From Camelus ferus (taxonomy: Eukaryota): 64,000 nt of DNA. A model generated the notes under the pieces. That model did not search any database and was not told the DNA's origin. It worked only from the letters and a program-made list of their open reading frames with translations. Location: contig NC_045697.1 in assembly GCF_009834535.1 (NCBI RefSeq), positions 67,768,001 through 67,832,000 on the forward strand, read 5' to 3'. The position numbers were made by a program, and so were the translations under genes. Shown piece by piece: positions 1 to 13,481 of this stretch; the stretch's first letter is position 1, and each line of letters begins with the position of its first letter.

Positions 1-61
1 AATATTCAGAAGACTTAGATATTAATTTAAAGAACTCATGAAAAATAGATTTATACTTCCT

Positions 62-480
62 TGCCATTCATTTACTCATTCAGCAAATATGTATTAAATT
101 CCTACTATATATGCCAATATTCTGCTTAGAGTTAAAGATATAATGATGAACAAGATTGATTCAATGTTTTATAGATTTAGAAACTAAAAACCAAACTACA
201 ACACCAATAAAACAAACAAAATACAAGTAAATAAAAATTTCAGTAACATTTTTAATGCTTAAAATATGTTGTGGAAACTAATTTCCTATGTAAAGAGCAG
301 TCTGGAGAAGTGAAAGAGGGAAGTGGTGTGATTAGTTAGAAGGCGTAATTGGCTTGTAAATGAAAGATGACAACTGCATGAATTAAAGTGGTAGCGACTG
401 AGATGGAAAGAAGCAAATACATGTTGCATGTGAAACTGAGAGGAACTAATGATGATCTGGATATTGCCTATGAAAGAAAA
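62..480 (-). mobile_element. L2 LINE 3' fragments (degenerate)
   Basis: ttcatttactcattcagcaaatatgtattaaattcctactat is the reverse complement of the L2 3' terminus; further L2-like purine-rich sequence lies at 340-480. Confidence 0.6.
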
Positions 481-679
481 TGCTAAAGACTAAACTCCAC
501 TGCATTTCAACAGACCTAATTTTTTTCTCCACCAGCACTTTTATCACTATTAACTCCTTGACCTTCCACCATACTCTTTTGTCTTCCCAGGGTATTGTAT
601 ATTGCCAGAGATCATTGTATTGAGAACACTGCCAACCCATAATTTTCAAATTCAGTTGATCCTATAATAGTAGAGATAT

Positions 680-1552
680 ATTGGGAGATTAAAAACCACA
701 ATTTGAACAGGGAGAGATGAAATATAAAGAATTACTAACTATGGTTAGTGAGCAAATATAAAGGGTAACAAGAACTCTAAAGAATGTCTTAAGGCTGAAA
801 GGCACACAGCCAAGGAAGGAACAAATTTGGAAGGAAGCTCCCATCCCAAGGCTGGGATTCAGATCTCACTGGAGAAAGTGTGGTTGTAGCATACTGGATG
901 GTGGAGAATTTTGCTGGGCTTGCCCACAGTCACTGGGCAAGCATGAAATATCTTTTATGATATGTGGGCTAAAGGTGGCAAGTCAGAAACACCTCTCCAG
1001 AGTACGAATCAGCTGAGACTGGCAGAGATATGAAGAGAACAGATATACAGGAAGCAGCAGCTGCGACTGGCAAGCAGAAAACACCTTTCCAGGGTGCAAG
1101 TGGACTGAAATTGGCACACTGAGGTACAAATTTATTCAAGGTTTTCTCAGCCTTCTCTGTGGCTGGACAGCACAAGGTCTACCTTGTATATTGCCTGCTT
1201 GAGTGGGCCACTGTATGTTGCCCACACATCTACTGAGGTTGAGGACTCAAGCTTGCTGTGAGACTGCACACTCTGGGTGCAAAGCTGGGACTGACCATCA
1301 CTGGATGTCCCTCTCCCATGCTACTACCAACCATGCAATAGGAACAAAAAGAAGCAAAAGGAAAGATACAATAACCAGGAACAAAAACTCTTGGTAATGT
1401 TCCTCTGGTGCCCCCTACTATCAAAATTTAAAGTTGTACTTAGAGCGAAAAAAAAAAAAAAGCAATGCTCACAAGCACAAGTTCCATTATCACTGTGCAG
1501 GTTATTGAGGATGAATTAGGAGCTGATAGGAAATACACTGATAATTGGAAGA
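680..1552 (-). mobile_element. ERVL-class LTR (LTR41/LTR52-like), 3' LTR of the adjacent internal relic
   Basis: Carries aaaccacaatttgaacagggagagatgaaatataaagaattactaact, typical of the LTR41/52 group. An ERVL polypurine tract (minus strand agccaaagagatgaac) abuts the right edge at ~1553-1568. Confidence 0.55.
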
Positions 1553-2230
1553 GTTCATCTCTTTGGCTACTTGATTTCCATATGCTTCTGCTATACACAT
1601 TCAAACTTCTGTAGGACAATAACACCATTCTGTTGTTCCACCTAACAAGATATAGTTGTCTTTCTCATAAGTGAGGTTTTCACCATTCCCCCAAACAATA
1701 AGATATAACCATAATATTTCATCACAGAATCTTTGAAAATTTCATAATCTAAACACTAAATGTTAAAGTTATTCTCCTAACAATTGTATATAAAATAAAA
1801 AGAAACAAGAAGATGGAGAGATAAAAATAACATGGTTTGTATGTATAATTAAACATATACCTAAAACAAGCAGAGAAAATATATGCAAACATAGTCTTTC
1901 TTTCTGCAACTGGTCACAAGGCTGTAATATTTAGGGATTCCTTCTTCTGCTCCCCATAATGTGCTTCGCTCGCACTCGTTCAGAACCTCAGCAGTCAGTG
2001 AGGTACAATGCACAGCCCCCACCATCAGAGACTCTCCCAGGTTTCAAACACAGTTTTCTTTGCCTCAGTTTTTTAACAGCAATACAATTACCTCATGATA
2101 ATTGAGAACACTTATTCCAAATAGGAAGACTTTTTTTTTTTTTTTTTTTTTTTTTGCTTTTGGTTGAGTGGCATAGGGTGTTCAAAATGGCCAGGGGGCA
2201 GTCTTACCTTCAAATTGAACGTATCCATTA
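1553..2230 (-). mobile_element. ERV-L-class internal region (ERV3-16A3-like), 3' part with decayed dUTPase
   Basis: Minus-strand translation NLKVRLPPGHFEHPMPLNQ...NYHEVIVLLLKN*GK resembles the ERV-L dUTPase (LRLPPGHFGLLMPLNQQAKKG...DYQGEIGLLLHNGGK). It is interrupted by an expanded poly(T) run. Confidence 0.75.
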
Positions 2231-2269
2231 CTTAAACTTTTCCAGGAAGTAGTATAAGCAGCCATCCAA

Positions 2270-2705
2270 CTTGGGACACAGACCCAGCAGATACCATGGC
2301 ATCTGAGTATCTGTGTAGAAAAACATTCGTGTTGAGCCTGTGACAAGTCACTACGAGAGATTCATAGTACAGATCCTTAGGGGTCCAGAACAAGCCCTTT
2401 CTGTGTGTAGCAGAGATTATTATTTCAAAAGTAGCTCTTAGTTATTAGATCTTATTAGGGACCAGGCATATGACAATGGGACACCAATAGTGACTCTGAT
2501 AAAACTGCTCATCATGAGCTACCTTGTGGACAACCCACAAAGTTGTAAAGTCTGGTGGCCCCAGCAGGAAAACATTACAAAATGGAAGTGTATATATTTG
2601 GAGTCAGGTTTGAAGGCCAAAGTAAACTGCGCAGAAGTGGTCTAGACCCCAGTGACACCCACCACCAGTGCATCGATGCCACTCTCCAGCTCATACCTAT
2701 GGTTT
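2270..2705 (+). mobile_element. ERV-L pol relic (RT-RNase H connection region), decayed
   Basis: Plus-strand pieces DPADTMASE, TMGHQ and KVWWPQQENITKWKCIY match ERV-L pol DPADPMVLE...LTMGHQ...KVGRAQQHSIIKWKWYI; frameshifted. Confidence 0.75.
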
Positions 2706-2739
2706 CAAAGCAAAGTAGAGGAAACAAGGCATTCAGGAA

Positions 2740-3050
2740 CAGGATTTAGAAATAGGGAAACTAAAAGAAAAATAGGATGGCTGGAAGAAGAATGTGAGTA
2801 GGTAGTAATAAGAGACAAAGCTGGAGAGAGGAAGAAAGGTCTATCATGAATGGCCTTGAAAGCATGTTAAAGGATTTTAAACTTAACCATAAGGGCCACT
2901 ATAGAAGTTTTTCAGTTGGGTTAATCCATAAACAATACTGTGTTTTAGAAAAATCACTCTGGCTTCATTATACTCAATGGAAGATATGTGGGAGGCAAGA
3001 GAGGGAAGAAATGTCTTTTAAGAGGTCACTGCAATAATTAGACAGGCGCT
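2740..3050 (-). mobile_element. L2 fragment
   Basis: atcatgaatggccttgaaagcatgttaaaggattttaaactt...tgtgttttagaaaaatcactctggct matches antisense L2. Confidence 0.65.
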
Positions 3051-3849
3051 GAGGATAGTCTTTATAACTTCTCATCTTTATGTGTGCATGTTCCTTTTGC
3101 TAAAAGTCTACAGAAAACATCTACTTGTCACTATAAGTACTGTATCCCTCTCCCTCTTACAAAAGTAGCATTTCAGAGAAAATGTTGTTTTAGCTCAAAG
3201 ACTAATCATCCACATGTAAGCAACTAATATGTAAACTCAGTCTCTATGATTTTCAAGCTAGTGTCCTCGCAGAAGCACCCATGGGGAAGGCAGACATAGC
3301 ATACATTGATAAATTAAAATGCAACACAGGTGGGAACCCCTAACAACGGCTGAACAAAATGTCTTAGAATCATTGTAGACAGCAACTTATTCCACAAATG
3401 GATTAAATTATCATAAAGTCCTAAGACAGAGAATTTTGTTATTTACCTGGGCATTTTTCACTACTGCATATTGTTATTTATGAGGAACCCTATATTTGGA
3501 AGACTGCCAATTATAAAAAAATTCATTGTTTTGTCTATGCTGCTTAAGTGTAAAATAATACATATGTATATCTACTTTTGTCCCCAGGACAAGATTTTGC
3601 TGTATACTATTCATTCCCCAATTTCTCAGACAAAGAATATTTGCTAATTGTGTGATAAACCAGCTTTTAAAAACAGCTGAATTATATTACTGTCTTTCAT
3701 CTATATTTTTGTCTTTATTTTTGTTGTTTTTTAAAAAATCAGTACAAGTTCATTAGATAAAAATTTCTAGATCTAAAGAATTATAGAATGTATAAAGTGA
3801 GAATTTTCAATAGTTAGGTGTATCTTTTTAGACAATTTTCTTTGACAGA

Positions 3850-4590
3850 TGTGAGATTCCATCATAACCACTGTATTTGCAAAATGTTTAAATCTTATAA
3901 GACAAAGTGCTATCCAGAAAGAACAATTACATAGTCCATACACTGCTAACAGGAATATATAATTTTACAATTACTTTAAAAAATTGGAAGAAGTTGTCCA
4001 GTAGAGCATATACATACTCTGTAACTCAGTTGTGGTTCAACTCTTTAGCACATAGCCTGGAGAAATACTTGCAAGTGTTTACCAGGTTATACATATTATA
4101 TATGCGTACATATAAAATATTTATTCCAGAAGCATAGTTTAATTAGAAAAAATTAAACAAACCATTGTCTACACAAAAGAAGCTAGATAAATAAATTGTG
4201 GTATAGTATTATCTAGAATGGAGTACCATACAGTAGTGAAAATGAATGAACTATAACTACAACCTGACAAAAATGAATGAACTACAAATTGGATTAAATT
4301 CACAAACACTACTTAACAAAAAATAAGTTAAAGAATACAAAATGTGTGCTTGTATTCATATAAAGTTCAAAGACATACAAATCCAAATACTATATTGTTT
4401 AGGAATATGCTCACATGAGGAGAAACACTAAGAAAAAGTAAGGAAATCATAATCTCAGGAGTCAGGATACTGCTTAGAATATGTAGAGTCCCTAGTGTTC
4501 TTCCCGTACACTAGAAGCATGCTATTATTGAAATTTGGAAGAAAGCACACAAGTGCTTAATTTATTATCTTAAAATATATTTTAAAATTA
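3850..4590 (+). mobile_element. Old L1 (L1ME-like) ORF2 end and 3' UTR
   Basis: Motifs such as gaatggagtaccatacagtagtgaaaatgaatgaacta and catataaagttcaaagacatacaaa. Confidence 0.65.
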
Positions 4591-5030
4591 CATATAGTAA
4601 AATTTACTTTTTTTTAGTAAACGATTCTATTTTGTTTTGAAAAATGCATAGAGTTACACAACCAATCACAAAATCAAGATGCAGCACCATTCAACACCTG
4701 CATCTGCCCTGCCTGCCCCTGCCAAGTTCCTTGTGCTACTTCCTTTGGAGACAAATCCCCTCCAACCATTAACCCTTGGCACCTACTGATCTATAATCCA
4801 TCCCTAGCATTTTGCCTTTTATAGAATAAATTATAAATGGAGTCATAAAGTATGTACCCTTTTGATTCTGACTTCTTTCAGTTAGCATAATATATTTGGG
4901 AATTACCCATGTTTTTGCACAGATCAATAAGTTGTTCCTTTTAATTGCTAAATAGTATTCCCATGTATGTATATACCACTACTGGTTTATCCAAGGGGAA
5001 GAAAAATTTGGAATGCTTCTAGGTTTTGCC
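4590..5030 (-). mobile_element. Old L1 (L1MC/MD-like) 3' end, antisense
   Basis: aacccttggcacctactgatct...ataaatggagtcataaagtatgtacccttttgattctgacttctttcagttagcataa is an antisense L1 3' UTR. Confidence 0.75.
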
Positions 5031-5304
5031 TCATTTTACATTTATTCTTGATATATTACCCATATTTTAAGTATCATTTTATGTGTTTTTGATATTTAAT
5101 AAAATTATTTAAAATGAAACAAAGGAAAAGCCTTTTGACACATACTACCAATAATTATAAAATTCATTTAAATCTAAAACTGGATATTGCAAAACATAAT
5201 AATATATACTGCTATTTTAAGGCAAAAAAGCACAAAAGAACAAAGGAGACAAAGATATTCTGTAATAAATATTTTGTGACCTCACTGGTACTTATTTTCA
5301 TGAT

Positions 5305-6570
5305 TTAATGGAAAAAGGATAATATTTTTAACAATATTATGCATTACATTTGGAGGACCATATACAAAAGAAAAAAATGTACCTCAATTTAAACCTCACA
5401 ACTTACATGAAAATTAACTCAAAATGGATCATATATTAAATGTAAATTATGAAATATAAAACTTTAGAAGAAAACGTAACAAAATCTTTGTGACCTGCAA
5501 TTAGGCAGAGTTCTTAAAATTGACACCAAAATCACAATTCACAAAAGAAAACAAAGGCTAAAACATCAAAATTAAAGCATTAGCTTTGTTAAAAATATGG
5601 TTACAAATATAAAAAGACAAGCTACAAAACTGGAAGAAAATATTTGCAAATCACATGTATTACAATGAATTGCATTCCTAATATATGAAGAATTCTCAAA
5701 ACTCAACACTGAGGAAACAAACTCCAATTTAAAACAGGTAAAATAATTAAGCAGACACTTCACCAAAGAGTATATATAGATGGTAAATAAGGTCATGAAA
5801 ATATGTTCCATACTGATAATCATTAAAGAAATACAAATTAAATCCATGATAACAAATCACTATACATATATAAGAAGGAGTAAATTAAAAAAAAATTGCT
5901 CATACTACAAAGTGCAGGAAAGGACATGGAGCAACTTGGATTCGCGTATGTTACTGGTGGAAGGCAAAATGGTACAGCCACTCAAGAAAAGTTTTGCAGT
6001 TCCTTGTGTGATTAAGCAAATACTTGACTTATTACCCTGTAATCCCACTCCTGGTATTACCTAGAGAAATAGAATATTTTGTTGTCCCAAAGACCTGTAC
6101 TTGAATGTTTGTAGCAGCTCATTTTATAATCACAATACCTGGGAACAAACCAACTGTCTTAATAGATGAGTGGATAAACTAACTGTGGTAAGTCATACAG
6201 TAGAATACTACTCAGTAATAAAAAGAAGCAAACGGTTGATACGAACGAAAAAAAAAAAATTTGGACTACTCTAAAATGCCTCATGTTGAGTGAAAGGAGC
6301 AAGTTTCAAAAGGTTCCACACTATAGGATTCTATGTATGGTGTTCTCTCATAGACAAAACTAGTAATGGAGAAAAGATTGGTGTGTGCTGGGATTTGTGT
6401 TTGAGGAGAGGGTGTAATTATAAAAGGATAGCATGAAGGACTTCTCGGAGTAATAAAATTGCTCTATATCTTCATTGTTGAGATGCTTCTGTGAACTTAT
6501 AGATGTACTAAAATGCATAACACTTTATATTACTAAATTGTCAGTTTTATTGCAATAATACAAAAATACA
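5305..6570 (+). mobile_element. Old L1 (L1MD-like) ORF2 C-terminus and 3' UTR
   Basis: aaaattaactcaaaatggatc, aaacttagaagaaaac, agacacttcaccaaagag and aaaatggtacagccact. ORFs 5572-5847 and 5780-6064 are L1-derived. Confidence 0.85.
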
Positions 6571-6609
6571 GAGTCACAAAATATTTGTACGGACTAAATC
6601 CATGGAACT

Positions 6610-8020
6610 TTTTCATTTCTTCTCTCACCTGACTTCTCAACCAAAGTTGCCTTTAATGACTAAACCTTCCGTCTTCACACCTTCTATTTCCATGGATTGC
6701 AGCTTCACATTGTTCTGGTTTTCCTCTCATTTTTTTTCTCTAAATATACTTTGTAGATTTATGCTTTACTTCGTCAACATTAAATGCCAAAGTTTTTCCA
6801 GGTTCAGTACTATTTTTATTTTCCTTTCACTACCTCCTATGCCTCCTTCTACTCTCAAAAATAACAGTATTTTTGATTTTGTATTTTGTCTGGACAGATC
6901 CTCCATGCTTTACATACCTGTTTAACTACTGGGCATTTCATAGGCACCGTTATATATGGCATATTCATACTGAAATCATAAACTTCCCCAACTCTTCCTT
7001 CAAAAGTCTTACTCTTTTTATTCCATGATTTCCTATCTTCATGAATCATTCTTCCAATTTTGTTGTGCAAGTCAGAACTTAGGATTCACTCTGTGATCTC
7101 TTTTTACCTTACCTCCCATATCTAATGAACCAATAATTACTGTTGAATATTCTTCCTAAATAGCTGCTGAGTGCCTCCACTTACTTCCAGCTACACTATC
7201 ATCTCTCACCTAGACATCTGCAGGAAGCTGCTTGCTACCCCTTTTTCTCCCTCTTTCCCCTCTTCTCCTTCTTTCACCATGCAAAAATAGCTGATTCCTT
7301 CTTATTGCTTAGTATGATTTATATCACATTGTTTATCCATTCACTTGCTTTGTTTGTAATGGCCCCATACTGCCATTTTCCCTGAATCATCTCTCCTTAA
7401 CTGGTATTCCTTCAGGGACACTTGCCTGCTTTTAGCCTCTTACCCAAATACTAGTTATGTTAAACTTTTCAAAATGCTTGCTCTTAAAAATCCTTTACTT
7501 ACTCACAGTTTCTACTAAAGATAAAATCTTTTGAAGCCTTACTGTAGTAAATGCCTACCAACCTTGTTAGCATCATCTCATACCACTTTTCTGCTCTTAT
7601 TTTTCTAGCCAAATCTGCCTTCTTTCTGTATCCAAATACATCAGTGTTATTTCCCATTTAACATTATGTATGTTTCTCCCCTCTTCCTAAAAGTCTCTTC
7701 TCCAGTCCTTTTGACCTAGTTAATACCTACTGATTTTTAAATCTCAGCTAAACGTCCATTTCTCAGAGAAATTCTCCTTACATATCGTTTTCACGATTCA
7801 TGCTCACACACATACACACATTGTCAAGGCTGTCTTTTATTTTCTTCACACCATTTGTCTTATTTTAAATTACATGCTTTTTGTGTGATTAGTTAATAAT
7901 CGTATTTTCCCCTTCTGGATCGTAAGTTCAAGAAAAGCAAAAGCTGTGTCTATATTGCTTTATGCTGCAATCCTGGGGTCTAGAATAGTGTATGGCACAC
8001 CGTCATCATTTGATTAATAT
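6610..8020 (+). mobile_element. L2 3' region
   Basis: Pyrimidine-rich L2 body ending in ggatcgtaagttcaagaaaagcaaaagctgtgtc...tagaatagtgtatggcacac. Confidence 0.7.
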
Positions 8021-8099
8021 CACACAGATATCCCATTTCTTCTGCCATGAGACAGCTGCTGTGTGGAAGGACTGATTTCCTGATTTCTATCTCAACCTG

Positions 8100-8810
8100 A
8101 AGTTAATCACGTGAGAGACTCTTATCTTGATCTGCCCTAACTTCCTCATTCACATAGTCCAAGGCATAGTAATATTTTATTAATCTTCAGAGAACACTGC
8201 TGGGATCATGCTACTTCCTTGCTCATATACCATGTCTCTGAATCATTGACTTTCCATTGACTAGAAGGTAATTCCATTTCTTGATATATTGGTATGGAAA
8301 TCTTGTCTCTCACCAGACTGAATATTCACTGTCCACAAACACTGCCAATTGATCTGCTCTCTCTGAAGGTTTCCTCCTACCATGTGTCTTGCTTGAATTG
8401 CCTTCCAATATTCCTGCTAACTTCCTTGTTAGCCTTCACCCTCTCTGTGGCTTACCATCACCACTCACCCAAATCTGTTATGTGATTTCAGACCACTAAA
8501 GTCCTGAGTTCTTCTCTCAGCATCCCAATATAAAGTGACATTTCTGTCTTCTGAATGCCTAATGCGCTCGCCTCATTTTCAGCAATTAATCACTTACTTC
8601 TGGTTACTTCCTCTCCTAATGGTGCCTTCACTCTCATTTAAATCTATTACTATAGCTAGGTTTTGTACTAATGTCTTGCATTTCCAAGTGGATAGATCTT
8701 AAGCATTTTAAGAGCAGGAACTGCTGATGTTTCTTTGTATCCTCAAATGCACCCACCGTAGTGGCTTTCCTATGCGGGCTCATACATATTTTTATTTGAT
8801 TTGATTTTAC
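8100..8810 (+). mobile_element. Older L2 fragment
   Basis: Ends taagagcaggaactgctgatgtttctttgtatcctc...catatttttatttgatttgattt, an L2 3' terminus. Confidence 0.5.
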
Positions 8811-10122
8811 TGAAATTGTTCCAGGCTATGCAACTGTGTTCTGCACAATAATTGCTGCTTTTTCAAAATGAGCCATATCAGCTTTTGAGCACAGTATGAA
8901 AAGCAGTAACTAAATTGAGGCATTAGATAATTATGGCAGAAAGATGAGATGAGTAAAAGCTGGGGTGGGAGAGGGGAGATGAGTGAGTATAGAACAAAAA
9001 GGAAAAATATGACAGAAAACCAAAATAGACCATTTATCTTGTATCATCATTTCATGTCAATCAATAGAAAAGACAATTTTGGCTTGAAGAAGCAATAAAT
9101 GGTGATAGAAGGCAGTCAGATTTTTCTGACCTAAAGGGAAGAAATAAAGGAAAAGAATATGGAGACATGGCTTTTGCATTTTAAAGTTTGACCCTGACTT
9201 TTTGTCATTAAGGGTAGAGTGGATTTCTTGGACCAGTTCCTGAATGGAAGTCAGTAGCAAGGATGTCATCAGTCTATCTGCCTGTTACTAGCAAAGGCAT
9301 TGCGACAAATTCAGCATTTATAAATGTGGAATAAGACAGACATCCTCTCAAAGGTTGAACTGAATATTAAAACTGGGAACTTTCTGTAATTAAGACTCAA
9401 GGAAAACATTTTTTTCTGAGTTTTATGTGACCATGTTCTCACTATTTTTTGACATATATTCTTTTTCCACCTGTCTTTTACCCCTTGTCCTATAGCTCTT
9501 GAAAGGAATATTATGCAGTTTGATTAAAAATTACGTTTCCATTATCAAAGAAATAAAACACTGTATTTTGAAAACAGTCCCTCTAATAGCCTGCTGCTCA
9601 AAAAAATAGGGACAAATTCTAAGAGTAGCCAGGATACCATGCATACACACATATATGTATGTACATATATATGTGTGCGTGTATATAATTATGTATATGA
9701 CTAAAAAGACGTCTCAATATGACAAATTTAAAATATTCCAATCTACTCTGATATTTTCAATCCTAATGTCCTTTTTCAGTTACATTAATTTAATCTTTTA
9801 AACACTTTTTTTTTCTTTTCCTTTGATTCATTCTGGTTGAATGAATTGAAATTAGTTTCAAATCATAGGGTGAAATATTAAAGTAATATGTGAGCAACTG
9901 ATTAAAATAGATTTCTGTAGTAAAAGTAGAACTGAATTGCTAAAAAATATAAAGTTGTGATCTTTTCAAATTATTAATATGGTACTATTTTAATGATGGG
10001 CAGCACAAAGAACCCTCCTATCTGAAGGCATATAAAGCCAAACAACCTTGTTTTTTCCTGCCATAATGTTTTCCATCCCTTCTTTGTGTACTCTTCCCAA
10101 TTTTCCAAAACCAACCCCTTCA

Positions 10123-10164
10123 ACACACACACACACACACCCTCAACACACACATACACATACA
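10123..10164. repeat. Interrupted (CA)n microsatellite
   Basis: Seen directly. Confidence 0.9.
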
Positions 10165-11629
10165 TTCCCACTGCCTAGTCCTCACCACTTGATTTCTCAG
10201 CTTGAAAAAGGTATTTGAAAGCAACAGTTTTTTTCTTTAGGATCTGTGACTGGAGATGGGGTATAACTAAGAACCGTCCTTATCCACGTGCATTAATACC
10301 TTTGGCTTCAGGATCCAGGGGTATATTTTTAAAGGTCTGACGGGAGGAACAGAGGTCCAGTGTGCATTGATTCTTCACGGCCACATTTCTGCAGCTGTCC
10401 CTCTGACTACTGTCCTGAGTCTATGGGCAGCAGACGCCCTGGGTGATATGGCTCAAGCACACGCACAGCCTGTCGACAGCTGCTAGAAATAAATGCAGAG
10501 AAGGCTGCAGTGAGATGCTAAAGGGCTCAGGAACTGCATCAGAGCTGAGGACCAGTTATTTTGCCCTAGGGTTTCACAAGCTATCATTATAGAGTAAGTG
10601 TGGCCCATAAAGGCATATTGATTACCACATTGCTTTCTGTGAGCCCTAATTATCTCCGATAAAAGTGCAGTCTGGCAATCAAATTCCCCAGGAAGATTGG
10701 GTGCTATTTTTGAATCTGAAACTTCAAGGCTACTTAACTGAAGTATTATTTTCTTACCTTCTATTTGTTCAGCTGTAGCTACCTATATGTCTCATAAATT
10801 GAACAAGACCAATCTTAATAAGTCCCTAGCTTTTTATTTTCCTGACCCTTTTCCCATTTCTGTGGCCTTCCATGATGTATTCTTCTCTTACAGAAGTCAA
10901 TGTTGTGCAGAATTACCTACAGAATTTCCTGCAACCTCTCCCCAACCACTCCAATATGGAACGATAAAACTGCAGTTTAAAATGTAAATAAAGTAGGATT
11001 ATGATCTTTCCATTATTATAGAAATGAAATCACGTTAATTTGAGCATTTCTGAAGTCTGGGCACACTTAACAATAATCTAGGTATGAGACAAGTAATATC
11101 AGTCTAGGGAAAAAAAAGAATCTTTTGTCTGTTTCAAATACAATTTCAAGATTATTAAAATACAGCAAATATCCAAACCTTTGAATGGGATGAAGAGTAA
11201 GAATTATTTTGCACTTAAAATTATTTGAAAATTGTTTAAAAATTTATTACACTGTGTATGGAAATACATTTTCAAAGAAAGAAGATGTATTTCAGAACTT
11301 GATCTTGACAGCCAAACCTACAAATCAAGTCCTAAACAAAGTAGTCTTCTTCAGCTAATTTCAGTGGATCACTAACCTCTTTTTAAACCACTCTTCCCCT
11401 AGGCAGCACCTGCCAGACGACCTGAGCTTACATTTGGCATTCTATCTCTACCATCCTCTTCGTATTGATTATTCCTGGGATATTCTTCCTCTCAATTCTG
11501 TCTTATTATTTGTATAGTTGTTGGTCATTTTGAAATTTTGTATATAGAAACACCAAAAAAACAACTATAAATCAGTGGATTTTTTGGGGGGGTGCTCCAT
11601 ATCATGGTAGCTTTGGGAATGCAAGTATT

Positions 11630-12260
11630 AACTATTCATGGTCCTTGCCCTTGATAAACTCACAATCTGATGGAAAAGTTACCAAAAAAATGTGATTTCA
11701 GTACATTGCGCAGTATGAATTAACAGAGACACTCATGAGATTCTATGAAAGCTCAGAAGAGAGGCCTCTAACTCAGCCTGAAGGACCAAAAAGTAAAAAA
11801 AAAAAAAAAAGAAAAATCAAAACACTTTTCCTAGGTTCTGCTTTGACTAACAATTCAGAATTAGGCATGTGGAAGACAACATTATATTTGTTCTGGGCAG
11901 AGGGACTGGCATAAGCAATGGTAGGAGAGACATGAAACACTATGCAGCTAACAAGTAACTACGAGTAGCTAGAACAATTCTTAAGGTGTGGTCCCTGGAC
12001 CTGCCCAATCAGCTTCCTGAGCAACTGTTAAAAACAAATTCTTAGGCCACATCTCACTTCTGCCGAGTGGGTGCTAGCAATCTGTGTTTCATCAAGCCCT
12101 CGGGGAATTTTGACATGCACTAAAGTTTAAGAACCACTGAGATAGATATCAGGCATTATTTGAAACGTGGCTTAATCCTGTTTGTTACAAGATGCCACTG
12201 AACAATTTTACCAATGGGTGTCACATAACGACATTTGAGGTTTCAGAGACAAATATGTTA
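11630..12260 (-). mobile_element. L2 fragment interrupted by MER5A
   Basis: gtccttgcccttgataaactcacaatctgatgg and gcctctaactcagcctg are antisense L2 3' motifs. Confidence 0.55.
11972..12139. mobile_element. MER5A-type hAT-Charlie MITE
   Basis: Begins ttcttaaggtgtggtccctggacc, contains agcaatctgtgtttcatcaagccctc, and ends cactaaagtttaagaaccactg. Confidence 0.85.
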
Positions 12261-13481
12261 GTAGAGCAAAAATGATGTTATCATCTTCAGATTATTTTTA
12301 GTCTTATTTTATTTTAAAGGCCCATTCCTCTGAATATGGCTCCAATGAATATCCATGAGCCCCATGGCAGGAAGCTATTGCTTAAATGTAGTAAAATAAT
12401 TGCTAGTCCTGCTTTTCTTTTTATGAGAAAAATTCAAAGAGCAAATGAGTAAACTGAAACTTTCTCCAAAATGTTTATATACTAACAATATAATTTAAAA
12501 AATTTATCTGCCATTCAAAAAGCATGTAGACTTTATTTTAACTAGTGGGGTAGAACTTGAGGCAGTGTTTTATACAGTTAATACAATGTATTCTCCTCAA
12601 GATTATTTTGGAGGATAAAATTCCTGAAATGATTTTCTACATTATATAGTCATTGTTTTGCAGCTGTTTATAATATCCAGATATGGTCAATATTGATTAC
12701 TGGACTTTACAATAAAAACAGTAAGTCATAGCATGAGGCAGCAATGTTAGAAAAAAATTTTCTTTTACATTCAAATTAAAGAACAAGGAATTGCTTATTT
12801 TTATTTTCTTTGCAGATAAAATAATGCATATTTAATACGACAGACTTTGGTTATTAAGTCAATTTTTAATCCTTTGCTAGTATTCAATGAAAAATTCTCT
12901 CATAAATTCCTCATGTAGTTTATTTTTGAGAAAATTCTTCCTGTTTATCCTAAATATAAATGCATCCTTGACTAGTATAAATAAGACTGTGTCTCTATTA
13001 CTCAACACTGCAGTATCAGTAAATACTTAGGCAGCTCTTTCTTTCACCTAAATTTTTGCTGGTGTGTTAGAAATTAGGTACACTGGAAAATGCAAATGAG
13101 GAAAAACTGGTATCAAGCTAGCTCTGCCAGTTTTCACATAATTTTATCCGCTTTTCCAAAAGTCATTTTCTGAATCTTGTTCATTACAAGTAATAAAACC
13201 GTCTCATTTTGTTCCCTCCTCTGAGCCTGGAGTCACAACTGAGGCACCTAGTGTGTCATTTTTAAAGCAGCTTAAACCATTCACAAGTACATCATTTCTA
13301 AAGTGACTTCTTTGTGAAATTGCATTTTCTATTTCAGTTTTCGGTTATTTAATATATACAAAAGCCAAATCATAACACTGATTACATCTTCCCTATAATT
13401 AAAGTATCAGTGAGCTTTCATAGAAATTCGAACTATGTTTCCAGTATTTCTCTGAAGAATGATTATTCATAATTATACTTG

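Noticed and set aside
4238..4285. Short local duplications (aaaatgaatgaacta x2; also ~18334, ~33671, ~51431) as array or CRISPR-like repeats
   Set aside because: Only two units each, consistent with slippage duplications in eukaryotic DNA; no repeat-spacer array or cas genes.
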